NCBI GenBank assembly: GCA_964252035.1
Contig: OZ176201.1
Length of the DNA stretch: 64,000 nucleotides
Origin: Podarcis erhardii
Taxonomy: Eukaryota
Direction: 5' to 3' (one strand)
Shown here: positions 57,901 to 64,000 of the stretch, one piece after another
Layout: every line of letters begins with the position of its first letter
How positions within the stretch are numbered: position 1 is the stretch's first letter
Made by a program: the position numbers and the translations under genes
Notes under the pieces: generated by a model
The model's database searches: none
What the model saw: only the letters and a program-made list of their open reading frames with translations
Told to the model about the DNA's origin: nothing

Positions 57901-59304
57901 CTAGTTTGCTTTCTTGAGGAGCAATGGGGCTGCATGTGTGGGTAAAAGGCTTATTCATAATTACGTCTGATCCTCAGACAACTTGCCAGTGATTTTTATC
58001 AAGTCGTTCTGGTGATAACTGCAGTGGGCCAGGAATGCTGGCTCGGCTAGTGGAATTGTAGGCCCTTGGTGAGAGTTGCCTTCCCAGAGTGTTGTATTGC
58101 TGCCAGGAAGTCATACCAGAGAACTGGTTACTTGCTGTCGAAAATCCTGTAATTCCTGCTCTTGAAGGATGTCTGGGAAATCCCTGGAATATGCAGAAAT
58201 ATTTTGAGCTGGTGTTGGCCACAAATCAATTCTGTTTATCCTTCTCTTCTTGCAGAACTGCTTTGAGCTGTATATCCCTGACAACAAAGACCAGGTGATC
58301 AAGGCTTGCAAGACTGAGGCAGACGGGCGTGTGGTGGAAGGGAATCACACTGTGTACCGCATCTCTGCACCCACCCCAGAGGAGAAGGAAGAGTGGATGA
58401 AATGCATCAAGTGAGGAGGGGCAGGAATGATGTGAAGGGATCTGGGTAGTTTGCTTGAGCAATGTGTCATTCATTCATTCGTTCATTCATTCATTCATTT
58501 GCATGTTGCTTTTCTGCACACACACAAATGCTCAAAGTGGCTTATGACAAAGAAAAAAGGGTGCATTTCAAACAAATACTACAAAACAATTTCATAACAA
58601 CAAACCCAAAAAACCCCACATTTCAGCGCTATAAATATAACAAAGATTACTTAAAAATGTAGCATCCAATAGCCAAAATTAACAAGGGAGCTTCAGTTTC
58701 AGGCTTAGCCCTAGAAATATGCCTCCCATGAAGTAGCTCACAGTCCCTCTCCTGCAGCAGCTTCTTATAAGGCTTACATGGGCAATGGGTGGAGTAGCTG
58801 TAAACACCCCTCCCATGAAAAGAATTATTTCTCATTCCTCCAGATTTCCTCACTGTGAGGGAGGTGGGGGCGCAAACCTGTGGTTAGGTGGGCATCTGGA
58901 ATTTTGGGGAGGAGATGTAGCATCTGAGAATGGGGCCTCTCTATAGCTCCCTGGTTGAGATTTGCCAGTGGGTTGTGGGTTATGAGGGGGAAATAGGGCA
59001 GCCCTTAATGAAGTACAGTCCCCTGATCTTCCTGCTCCCTCTTCAAGCTAAATCATGCTTCCTTCCAGAAACAGTAGCTAAGGGGGTGGACTGATCCTAT
59101 AATTATGTGCTGGGTGGCATCTCCAATCAGTTGGGGATTTCCCTTAACACTTTGTGGGGTTTTTTACTCTCTCTCTCTCTCTCTCTCTCCCCCCCCCCCC
59201 GCGCCTCCCACTTGTCTCTCTTCAGAGCTGCAATTAGCCGGGATCCATTCTACGAGATGCTTGCTGCACGCAAGAAGAAGGTTTCCTCCACCAAGAGACA
59301 TTAG
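1682..59304 (+). CDS. CYTH1: Cytohesin-1, spliced CDS: join(1682..1709,41376..41458,43309..43373,44678..44744,45236..45354,46529..46609,46879..46991,47642..47790,48153..48264,[51122..51124],55806..55882,57204..57275,58256..58410,59226..59304)
   Basis: Exon lengths sum to 1203 nt = 400 aa + stop, every junction is GT-AG and phases match. The translation is near-identical to vertebrate cytohesin-1 as I recall it ([22 protein letters not shown]; Sec7 motif [15 protein letters not shown]; PH domain; C-terminus [11 protein letters not shown], which is the CYTH1-type tail). Confidence 0.97.
2904..3083. mobile_element. hAT-type MITE (180 bp) with internal 22-bp tandem repeats
   Basis: 17-bp perfect TIR CAGTGGCGTAGCGTGGG; 8-bp TSD GCAGGAGC (2896-2903, 3084-3091). 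Confidence 0.85.
2969..3034 (+). repeat. Minisatellite (CAAATCCACGGGTTAGGGGGCG)x3
   Basis: Three exact 22-bp units at 2969, 2991, 3013, preceded by a partial unit GGGGTTAGGG at 2959-2968. Confidence 0.9.
7001..7014 (+). promoter_or_regulatory. Candidate CTCF site
   Basis: CCAGCAGGTGGTGC fits the CCASYAGRKGGYR core. Confidence 0.4.
9316..9574. mobile_element. Tc1/mariner (pogo/Tc2-like) MITE, 259 bp
   Basis: 23-bp perfect TIR CCGTATTTTTTGCTCTATAAGAC, TA at both flanks; second internal inverted repeat ~9415-9485. Confidence 0.85.
10720..10872 (+). mobile_element. L2 3' end fragment
   Basis: T-rich 3' UTR ending tgtgaagccctgag...gtatacaaataaaataata. Confidence 0.45.
11445..11668 (-). mobile_element. 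MIR/CORE-like SINE
   Basis: cttcctccaaggagcccaaggtgg...aacaatc..gtgagg...ggcccaagatcacccagtgag...ggggatttgaacc; related copies at ~17765-17972 and ~52460-52610. Confidence 0.55.
11690..11975 (+). mobile_element. L2-clade LINE RT fragment
   Basis: Translation [15 protein letters not shown]...[20 protein letters not shown] resembles the L2/CR1 RT motif LDPFQSGFR...LDLSAAFDT.DH.ILL. Confidence 0.7.
13707..13830 (-). mobile_element. Decayed Penelope-type end / dead hammerhead remnant
   Basis: gagtcttctggcaccttaaagactaa and cttcatcagatgc (reverse complement gcatCTGATGAag); the GAAA half is degenerate. Confidence 0.5.
15900..16362 (+). promoter_or_regulatory. Putative alternative promoter / 5' UTR for exon 1b
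   Basis: G-rich GGGGAGGAGCCGGGGGGGGG box (~15960), local CpGs and GC-rich leader directly upstream of the 16363 ATG. Confidence 0.45.
16363..16441 (+). CDS. CYTH1: Candidate alternative first exon 1b ([26 protein letters not shown] + 1 nt)
   Basis: atcATGG strong Kozak; 79 nt open; donor CAG|GTAGGT in phase 1, giving ...TKP-V-PSDLT with exon 2; GC-rich promoter-like sequence upstream. Confidence 0.7.
17068..17472 (+). mobile_element. L2 3' end fragment
   Basis: ctgagatcatcctctgaggccct...ggccttttctgtagtggctcccc..tgtggaatgctctccc...ttttatgttgtaaacc...aataaataaat tail. Confidence 0.65.
18808..19033. mobile_element. Tigger-like Tc1/mariner MITE, 226 bp
   Basis: TIRs CAGTAGTACCTCAGGTTA / TAACCCGAGGTACCACTG, TA flanks, internal aacctgaa subrepeats. 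Confidence 0.8.
21328..21595 (+). mobile_element. Partial copy of the same hAT MITE family
   Basis: caggggtcccaaact start and shared internal motifs with 46004-46355. Confidence 0.6.
21812..22369 (+). mobile_element. Older squamate interspersed repeat split by the Sauria SINE
   Basis: Sequence on either side of the TSD (gtggcttcccccaggaatcctgggaactgtagtt...|...ccctattccccttatagagctacagtcc) reads as one continuous repeat; boundaries approximate. Confidence 0.5.
21915..22279 (+). mobile_element. Sauria SINE, near full length
   Basis: Matches the Sauria SINE body as I recall it (ccagtcgtg...gactctggggttgcggcgctcatctcg...cacccgcgtccc); 16-bp TSD TGCTGAGAGTTGTTAA (21899-21914, 22280-22295). Confidence 0.85.
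23632..25711 (+). mobile_element. 5'-truncated L1-clade LINE (ORF2 3' part, 3' UTR, poly-A tail)
   Basis: Starts at RT motif [12 protein letters not shown] box, C-terminal CWKC..HLWWTC zinc knuckle; AATAAA 25688-25693; A11 tail 25701-25711. Confidence 0.9.
23647..25407 (+). pseudogene. L1 ORF2 fragment (RT C-terminal half + zinc knuckle), 586 open codons
   Basis: ORF track translation; lacks endonuclease and N-terminal RT, and starts at TTG, so it is non-autonomous. Confidence 0.88.
26790..26811 (+). CDS. CYTH1: Candidate alternative first exon 1c (MVLRMEN + 1 nt)
   Basis: agcATGG strong Kozak; 22 nt; donor ACG|GTGAGA in phase 1, in frame with exon 2. Confidence 0.55.
27863..27940. repeat. 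Compound (TC)n(AC)n microsatellite
   Basis: Direct reading; smaller ones at ~2758-2788, ~25714-25739 and ~59168-59190. Confidence 0.95.
28372..28510. mobile_element. Second copy of the short palindromic hAT MITE family
   Basis: ccctccagctgttttgggactacaattcccatcatccct...agggatgatgggagttgtagtcccaaaacagctggaggg hairpin; diverged relatives at ~19770-19885, ~30975-31055, ~33205-33260. Confidence 0.7.
31710..32082 (+). mobile_element. Partial copy (3' half) of the same hAT MITE family, with an internal insert
   Basis: aataaaatgcaatataagaaat...aaaccatacagcatctagcac... and terminal tttgggaaccactg. Confidence 0.45.
35137..35171. repeat. (TG)9(CG)7TGC alternating purine-pyrimidine tract
   Basis: Direct reading. 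Confidence 0.95.
38269..38413 (+). mobile_element. tRNA-Lys(CTT)-derived SINE with CR1-like tail
   Basis: Head resembles tRNA-Lys (agtagagcatgaaactcttaatctcagggttgtgagtttgagcccc); tail gggggttggactagat...ttccaactccacaattctatga. Confidence 0.7.
41376..41458 (+). CDS. CYTH1: CYTH1 exon 2 (coiled coil), 83 nt
   Basis: Pyrimidine tract + ggcag|TGCCCAGC ... ATACAG|gtatgt; encodes (V)[27 protein letters not shown]. Confidence 0.97.
41493..41627 (+). mobile_element. Decayed tRNA-derived squamate SINE just after exon 2
   Basis: gcatgctgaaggccccaggttcagtctctggcatc head and ccagtcagtatagac...gatggacca tail; related copies at ~28200-28326 (+), ~32100-32220 (-), ~45850-45890 (+), ~63790-63890 (-). Confidence 0.5.
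41854..41889 (+). ncRNA. Minimal hammerhead ribozyme motif, sense to CYTH1 pre-mRNA
   Basis: CUGAAGA 41857-41863, helix II 41865-41878, GAAA 41879-41882, GCUC with predicted cut after C41886; helix I only 3 bp (UAU/AUA). Confidence 0.55.
41856..41947 (+). mobile_element. Truncated Penelope-type terminal-repeat insertion in intron 2
   Basis: Near-identical to the 612-706 arm; 13-bp TSD ACACAAAAAAATA (41843-41855, 41948-41960). Confidence 0.75.
43309..43373 (+). CDS. CYTH1: CYTH1 exon 3, 65 nt
   Basis: ctgcag|CGTCTG ... GAGAG|gtgagt; [21 protein letters not shown](R). Confidence 0.97.
44678..44744 (+). CDS. CYTH1: CYTH1 exon 4, 67 nt
   Basis: ttctag|GAAAACC ... AAGAAG|gtaatc; [22 protein letters not shown]. 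Confidence 0.97.
45236..45354 (+). CDS. CYTH1: CYTH1 exon 5 (Sec7), 119 nt
   Basis: ttgcag|GGAATC ... GAAAG|gtaatg; [39 protein letters not shown](R). Confidence 0.97.
46004..46355 (+). mobile_element. hAT-type MITE, full length, intron 5
   Basis: Termini CAGGGGTTCCCA / TGGGAACCACTG; 8-bp TSD GAATAGAC/GAACAGAC (7 of 8 match); AT-rich internal palindrome. Confidence 0.75.
46529..46609 (+). CDS. CYTH1: CYTH1 exon 6 (Sec7), 81 nt
   Basis: tcacag|AGATGAT ... CTGCG|gtgagt; [26 protein letters not shown](R). Confidence 0.97.
46879..46991 (+). CDS. CYTH1: CYTH1 exon 7 (Sec7 catalytic motif), 113 nt
   Basis: ccgcag|GCAGTTC ... ACAG|gtacgc; [37 protein letters not shown]; glutamic-finger codon GAA at 46910-46912 is intact. 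Confidence 0.97.
47275..47462 (+). mobile_element. CR1 3' end fragment, intron 7
   Basis: agaggcagaatgcctctgaa...gagaacaggatgctggactagatgggcctttggtctgatccagcagggctc. Confidence 0.65.
47642..47790 (+). CDS. CYTH1: CYTH1 exon 8 (Sec7), 149 nt
   Basis: ccccag|ATACC ... CTTAGG|gtgagc; (D)[49 protein letters not shown]. Confidence 0.97.
48153..48264 (+). CDS. CYTH1: CYTH1 exon 9 (Sec7 end, linker, PH beta-1), 112 nt
   Basis: taccag|AATCTG ... CTCG|gtgagt; [37 protein letters not shown](G). Confidence 0.97.
50981..50999 (-). promoter_or_regulatory. Candidate CTCF site
   Basis: Minus strand CTGCTAGCAGGGGGCGCTG; core CTAGCAGGGGGCGC is one mismatch from CCAGCAGGGGGCGC. Confidence 0.55.
51122..51124 (+). 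CDS. CYTH1: CYTH1 3-nt microexon (GAG) adding the third glycine in the PH beta1-beta2 loop
   Basis: Long pyrimidine tract with TGC motifs, then ctccag|GAG|gtacgt. It is the only ag-GAG-gt context I found between exon 9 and the next exon. Converts KLGGR to KLGGGR. Confidence 0.85.
52671..52818 (-). mobile_element. tRNA-Lys-derived SINE, reverse copy
   Basis: Reverse complement aligns to 38269-38413 (actcttaatctcag, cattgcagggggtt, ttccaactc blocks). A tail-only fragment also lies at ~17004-17060. Confidence 0.7.
55613..55633 (+). repeat. (CTG)7 upstream of exon 11
   Basis: Direct reading. Confidence 0.9.
55806..55882 (+). CDS. CYTH1: CYTH1 exon 11 (PH), 77 nt
   Basis: gcgcag|GTGGCC ... ACCACG|gtgagt; (G)[25 protein letters not shown]. 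Confidence 0.97.
56070..56205. mobile_element. Short palindromic hAT MITE, 136 bp
   Basis: 15-bp TIR CAGGCTTCCTCAACC; perfect 8-bp TSD GTGTAGAG (56062-56069, 56206-56213). Confidence 0.85.
56240..56975 (-). mobile_element. L2 LINE 3' fragment, antisense, intron 11
   Basis: Minus-strand translation [42 protein letters not shown] matches the L2 ORF2 C-terminal motif (DLA.V.HA.V.SRLDYCN.LY.GLP). Confidence 0.75.
57204..57275 (+). CDS. CYTH1: CYTH1 exon 12 (PH), 72 nt
   Basis: ttgcag|GACAAG ... AAGCCT|gtgagt; [24 protein letters not shown]. Confidence 0.97.
58256..58410 (+). CDS. CYTH1: CYTH1 exon 13 (PH), 155 nt
   Basis: ttgcag|AACTGC ... ATCAA|gtgagg; [51 protein letters not shown](K). Confidence 0.97.
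58468..58850 (-). mobile_element. L2-like 3' end with (TTCA)n tail, antisense, intron 13
   Basis: (TTCA)n at 58468-58500 followed by ctcaaagtggctta motif, as at the 56240 L2 tail. Confidence 0.4.
59226..59304 (+). CDS. CYTH1: CYTH1 last coding exon (polybasic tail, stop), 79 nt
   Basis: cttcag|AGCTGCA ... CATTAG; [25 protein letters not shown]. Confidence 0.97.
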
Positions 59305-61050
59305 CCACATGGCTTTGCTGAGTAGCAGTGACATTGGCAGCTGTTGCCTCTCCGTCTCCTGGCAGAGAGGAAGAGGAGCGAGACGACACACACCCTCCTG
59401 CTCTGCATTATGACCCCGAGGGGGGACTAGCTTCAGCTTTTGCTATTCTTTTCTGGTTTGGGGGCAGGAAGAGTTGGGGGGGGTAGGCTATGTTGATGGC
59501 AACCACCAGCTCTCACTGACTTATTTAATTTGCAAGAATGCCACCTCCCTGCCAGCCCCTCAGCTGGGCAGCTTGAAGCCAAACCACGTCACTGGTAGCC
59601 CAAGTGGCAGGAAGAGAAGAATTGTTGGGGTCTTTTCTGCTACCGTGGCTGACTTGCTCCTTGCCTGTGCCAATGGTGAGGCAGACCTATTCAAGCTGCC
59701 AGCGAGAAGTGTCGGCTGTACCAGGCTTTAGGCCTAATACTCTCCGAGACCCTGAATCAGGAATGGACCACAAACTGCCAAAGGCATAGATCAGTCTGCA
59801 GCAGAGGTTGGGGGCATGGCTCTCTAGCACTGAAGCAGAGAGATCCCTGTGGCCCTCTGCATCACCATGTTGCTGCTCCCTGTTCTTTGGTCAGGTAAGC
59901 CCAATGGCTTCTTTCCCCCAAAGCAATTGAGCTGTATGCTCTTTCATGTTTAATTTCCGGGGTTCTCTGTCGCAAGGAGTTTTGTTAACCACGTTGAGTA
60001 ATAAGCAACCAAGAATGTCAGTCCCAACAGCTGGCATGATGAATGGCAAGGCTGCCACCTCCAGGATTTCCCCTGCCCTCGTTCTAGAGGGCACTGACTT
60101 AGGCTGCCTCGTATGTGAAGCAGGAATGAGGCCAGCAGAGGGCTCACTCAAGCAACCTTGCCCAGATGAGAAGGCGGTGCTCTTGTGAGCTAGCGGCATG
60201 CATGTGGTTGTGGGTGGGCAGGTAGTGTAACCCTCATGGATGCTTTACAGGGAGGCTTTTCACCCCTTTGCCAGTGGCTGCTGGGAACCATCTCACCCAA
60301 CAACTGGGCACAAAAAAATTATCCCTGCAGCCAGAGCTTCCTCCGTTTTTTGTTTGTTTAACTTTGCAATCGGGAGCAGACAGAGCTGAAGAAAAAAGAC
60401 CTGCACCATTCCCTGTACCCTGAAGAAAGAAGTTGAAACAGGCTGGCTCTGGATTCTTTGACATAGGCTATCTTCTTACAGTTGCACTTTTCAGTAGAGG
60501 GAGTGGATGGATTGGGATGAAGGCTGTCCTGGACCAGTGGGGGCACTTCTTGGCTCTGAAGCACAAGCAGATGATTGGTTGCTGGGGAACCATTGGAAGC
60601 TCAGGGTGGGTGGGGTATGAGATGATGGCTTATGCCTGGAGCACTGAGCTGGGGTAGGCTGTAAGAAGACGGTTTCCCCCGACTGTTGATTTCATTATGC
60701 GCCTTGGAAAAGCTCCAGTTTTCCCCAGCTCAGTATTAATCTATTTATCGGAGATGTACATACTCTCTGTGTAGATTTTTCTCCTTTTAGATTATTTTGT
60801 ATTTGTTTTTAAATAAGAGGATTGTTTTCTGTGAAACATAGCAGAATTCTAAAAAATTGCTGTGGCACAAGGGGGGGCGGGAAGCAAGGGGGTTGCGGGA
60901 GGAAGGTGGAAGTTACTCCTGGTCAAAAAGTTTGGTTACAGTTTTTTGTGTTGAATCCTTTTCCACCCCATTGTTGGGTTTTTGTTGCCACAACCTTGTG
61001 AACTAGCACAGAGCAACTGCAGCAAATAAATGTTGATCTCACACTTGGCT
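59305..61050 (+). other. CYTH1: CYTH1 3' UTR (~1.75 kb, end inferred)
   Basis: Runs from the stop codon to the first AATAAA I found downstream; a U-rich block with TGTA motifs precedes it. Confidence 0.65.
61025..61030 (+). terminator. Polyadenylation signal AATAAA
   Basis: Canonical hexamer, upstream TGTA and U-rich elements (60755-60810), downstream GT/T-rich tract (~61045-61105). Confidence 0.7.
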
Positions 61051-62321
61051 CTATGCCCTTCTTTGGCTGCCTCTGTCTCTGTGATCTACATTTATGTGGT
61101 TTTCCTATTTGAGGTTAGTAGCATTTCATCAAGCGATTCAGGAGCCTTGCCAGTTGGGGCTGGTAAATTGGGCCAGTCTCTTTAGATCTGTGAGATAGGG
61201 GACATTTCTGTAGCCATACTGAGGAAGGGTTTCATTGTGGTTTCCCTCCCCAGCTTTAATTTTTCTCTATCTGCCAGGGGAAGCTGCTGGTAAGATTGGT
61301 TTAAGTTAAGGGACCAGAATGTAAAGCATTCATCTGGCTTCCCAGCATTGACACTGGTTACTGATAGCTAGCTGCTATCAGTAGCCAGATGCAAAGAGGT
61401 TATAAAGCGTACATTAGGAAATGAGGTTACAGTGGGTTGTATTCAAGCTTGCACTAAGGCGAACAGTCAGGGCAACGAATTCTCCTTGCTCAACAGAATG
61501 TTCTTTCCCTAAACATGTTCTGGAAGGTACAATTATTTAACTGGATACTTCCCAGGGTGTTGTTTTTTGAGAGGGGCTTAGAGAAGACCCTGGTGGATTT
61601 GGGGTAAGACAGCAGGCTACAGTAGGGCCCCTAGTCCCACTGGGTTTGCATCTCCACAGTACAGTAGTTTACACAAGCTGGGGAACCTGCAAGATGTTAT
61701 GTTTAGGGAACAGCAAGAGCAACCCACTTGTTGGTAAAATGTAAACATGCCTACACTGAACCCACCTCGTTACAAACCAGCATAATGTTACGATACTGTT
61801 ATGTCTTTTCCCTGCATGGCTTTGCAAAATGCAGTTTTTGTTTCATCAGATTCTGGATTTTTAAAGCTGTCTCAGGGGATGTGCCTAGATGGGGTTAAAA
61901 TGCTAGCTGACTTCTATCTATTATAAAGCCTTTAAAATCTTAGTTGCACTGTATACTTACAGAATAACAGGATTACCTCCAAAAATAGGCAACAATTGCT
62001 TTGTCTAAATAACATCCAGCAAAACTTGGGTGTTCACCTCCAGTGTGTCTCAGATTCTACAAAAGTGAATTAATCTGAGTCAGAGAATTGCATTCAAAAT
62101 ACACATTAGCAGAACAGAGGCGGTGTATCTAATGCAGACTTTCTTGACCATCGCAGCTCTTCCTGATAATGGAGCAAGTGGGGTTGAACTTTGGCTAATT
62201 TCCTGCATGGGTTCTTAGTAAGAACTTCTAAATTCTGCTCGGGCCCACTATTTTTCTTTTAAAGATCCCGCTCTTGCTAAAATTGGTTCAACTTTTCAAA
62301 CTCATGCAGCCTGAGCAGCAA

Positions 62322-62335
62322 CCAGCAGATGGCAC
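62322..62335 (+). promoter_or_regulatory. Candidate CTCF site downstream of the gene
   Basis: CCAGCAGATGGCAC fits the CCASYAGRKGGCRS core exactly. Confidence 0.5.
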
Positions 62336-64000
62336 CAAGGTATCACATTTGGGTTTGTAGGGGGAAAAAGAATGCTTATCTCCAGAAATTACCTTACCTT
62401 AAATAATCTCTTAACACTCTAGGCTGTTTTTCTTAAGGAATGTGAGTTTATAGCAGCCTTGCAAAATGGTTTTCAGTGCCCACAAAATGTAAATAAGAAT
62501 CAATGGGCTATCTGTGGTGGTAGTGGGTAACCTGGTTTGATTAAGTCATAGGTGGGATGAATATGTTAGCAATGCTCATGCTTCTCACGATCTTCTACCC
62601 CTTTCTCTGATATCCAAAGCAAGGGGTGGGGATTCACCTTGCCTAATATGTGGTCCCTGTCTGGCCTCTATGGGCGGGAAAGAGGATTCTCCTCATTTCC
62701 TTTTATGGCAGTGGTAGCAGTAAGTGGAGGAAGGGCTCTTTCTAGATGCTCTCAGTACCACATCAGGACTGAGAGAGCAGTGGTGCTTGGGCCTTCTGGC
62801 ACTGTAGTATGGGGAGGGCATCTTCCAATGCTGCTATTTCAGCTTTTAGGGGAGTAAGGAGGAAGGGTGGGTGCTGTGGGGTCAGGGAGAGATGCAGATC
62901 AAAGGAAACCAAGAACCCTCTGTCCCAGATAATTTATTTTAGCCAGAGAAGACTTTAAGGGTGCCTTAACAACTTGTCCCCTCCTTTTGCAGTGCCCCCT
63001 TAAGAACATTGGGAGTTTGCTTCCAAGCTAAGCCATGCTTTAGGCCGATATCCATGGCATCACTGTTGCTTCTGAAAAATATTGTAGAATGAGTCCCTAC
63101 TTGTTCTCCACTACCATTTCCACTTCTACTCTAATCTAGTCCTCTTTCAGGGCTCCTGATTAGCATCCTTCTGCAGCTTGTGACATCATATCCCCACCAC
63201 CAAACCAATTTAGTTTGTCTAACAGCGAGACCTGTACACTCTCTCCACACAAGGTTCTTTCTCTGCCAACCTGGTCCTGTGTATGGTCTTCTCAGTGCCT
63301 CTTATTCTTCCATCATGGATTATTTAAGCAGCAGGAGCCACAGTATCCCTTGTGGGTTTCAAACCAGCTTCCTATGGCATTCCTCTCCGTTGCAGTCTGC
63401 ACAGAAATATGTGTCTGGGAGGATCTGTACCTCTGGGGTGAATATGTAGTTATTGTGCCCAGGAAGGTGACCTGGAAAAGAAATTGCAATTAGTCTTACA
63501 AAGAGTGAAAAATGGGCAGCACGAAGATATCCAAGCAACAATGATTGCATTTTTCAGTAGTGGTGCCTAATGGCAGAATACTTTATGCAGTTATGCGCCT
63601 CTTAATGCTATATTATTTTTAGGAAGATGTTATTTTTCATTACCGCTCCCTCAAAAGGACATTAGATTGAGCTAGTTTGAAAACAAGAAAAATATTTGAT
63701 GCCTTTTACTGCACCAGGTTTTGCCCTAATTTGTCCAGATATCTGATGGAAGGCCTGAAAATGTCTTAGATTGGAAATTACATGGTGATTTGAAAGTACT
63801 TCACATGCATTTCCAACCTGCCTGGAGATGCTGGTGATTGAACCTAGGAGCTTCTGCATGCAAAGCTGATGCTCTACCAGTGAACTACAGTTTTCCCCCC
63901 CAATCTACATCACTCCCGGTGCCGGGTTCTCCATAATTTTTAAAATTTATATATGTGGGGTTTGTTAAGCACCTCTCTAAGCCAATCCCCCAGGAAGCTG

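Noticed and set aside
61100-64000. Possible neighbouring gene at either end of the window
   Set aside because: No exon with splice signals and recognisable translation found in 1-1000 or 61100-64000.

Overview
Vertebrate genomic DNA, most likely a lacertid lizard (inferred from the Sauria SINE and other squamate-type repeats). The window holds one complete protein-coding gene on the + strand: CYTH1 (cytohesin-1, an ARF-GEF with coiled-coil, Sec7 and PH domains). It runs from a CpG-island promoter (~1.0-2.6 kb) to a poly(A) signal at 61025. All coding exons can be read with GT-AG boundaries and consistent phases: exon 1a 1682-1709, exons 2-9 between 41376 and 48264, a 3-nt GAG microexon at 51122-51124 (the di-/tri-glycine PH switch), and four final exons between 55806 and 59304. 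The product is 400 aa with the microexon and 399 aa without. The 39.7-kb first intron contains two further well-formed phase-1 candidate first exons (16363-16441, MGTVSELC...; 26790-26811, MVLRMEN). The rest is intron or intergenic sequence rich in transposable elements: a 5'-truncated L1 with a 586-codon open ORF2, L2/CR1 fragments, SINEs, and hAT and Tc1/mariner MITEs with TSDs. The most unusual non-coding signal is a family of short Penelope-type insertions carrying minimal hammerhead ribozyme cores. One is a TSD-flanked perfect 203-bp palindrome ~1 kb upstream of the start codon, with a ribozyme on each strand. A second is a sense copy in intron 2, and a third is a decayed copy in intron 1. 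No CRISPR array, rRNA or intact tRNA gene is seen. Almost all short ORFs in the supplied track are spurious. Everything here was read by eye; no database searches were run.
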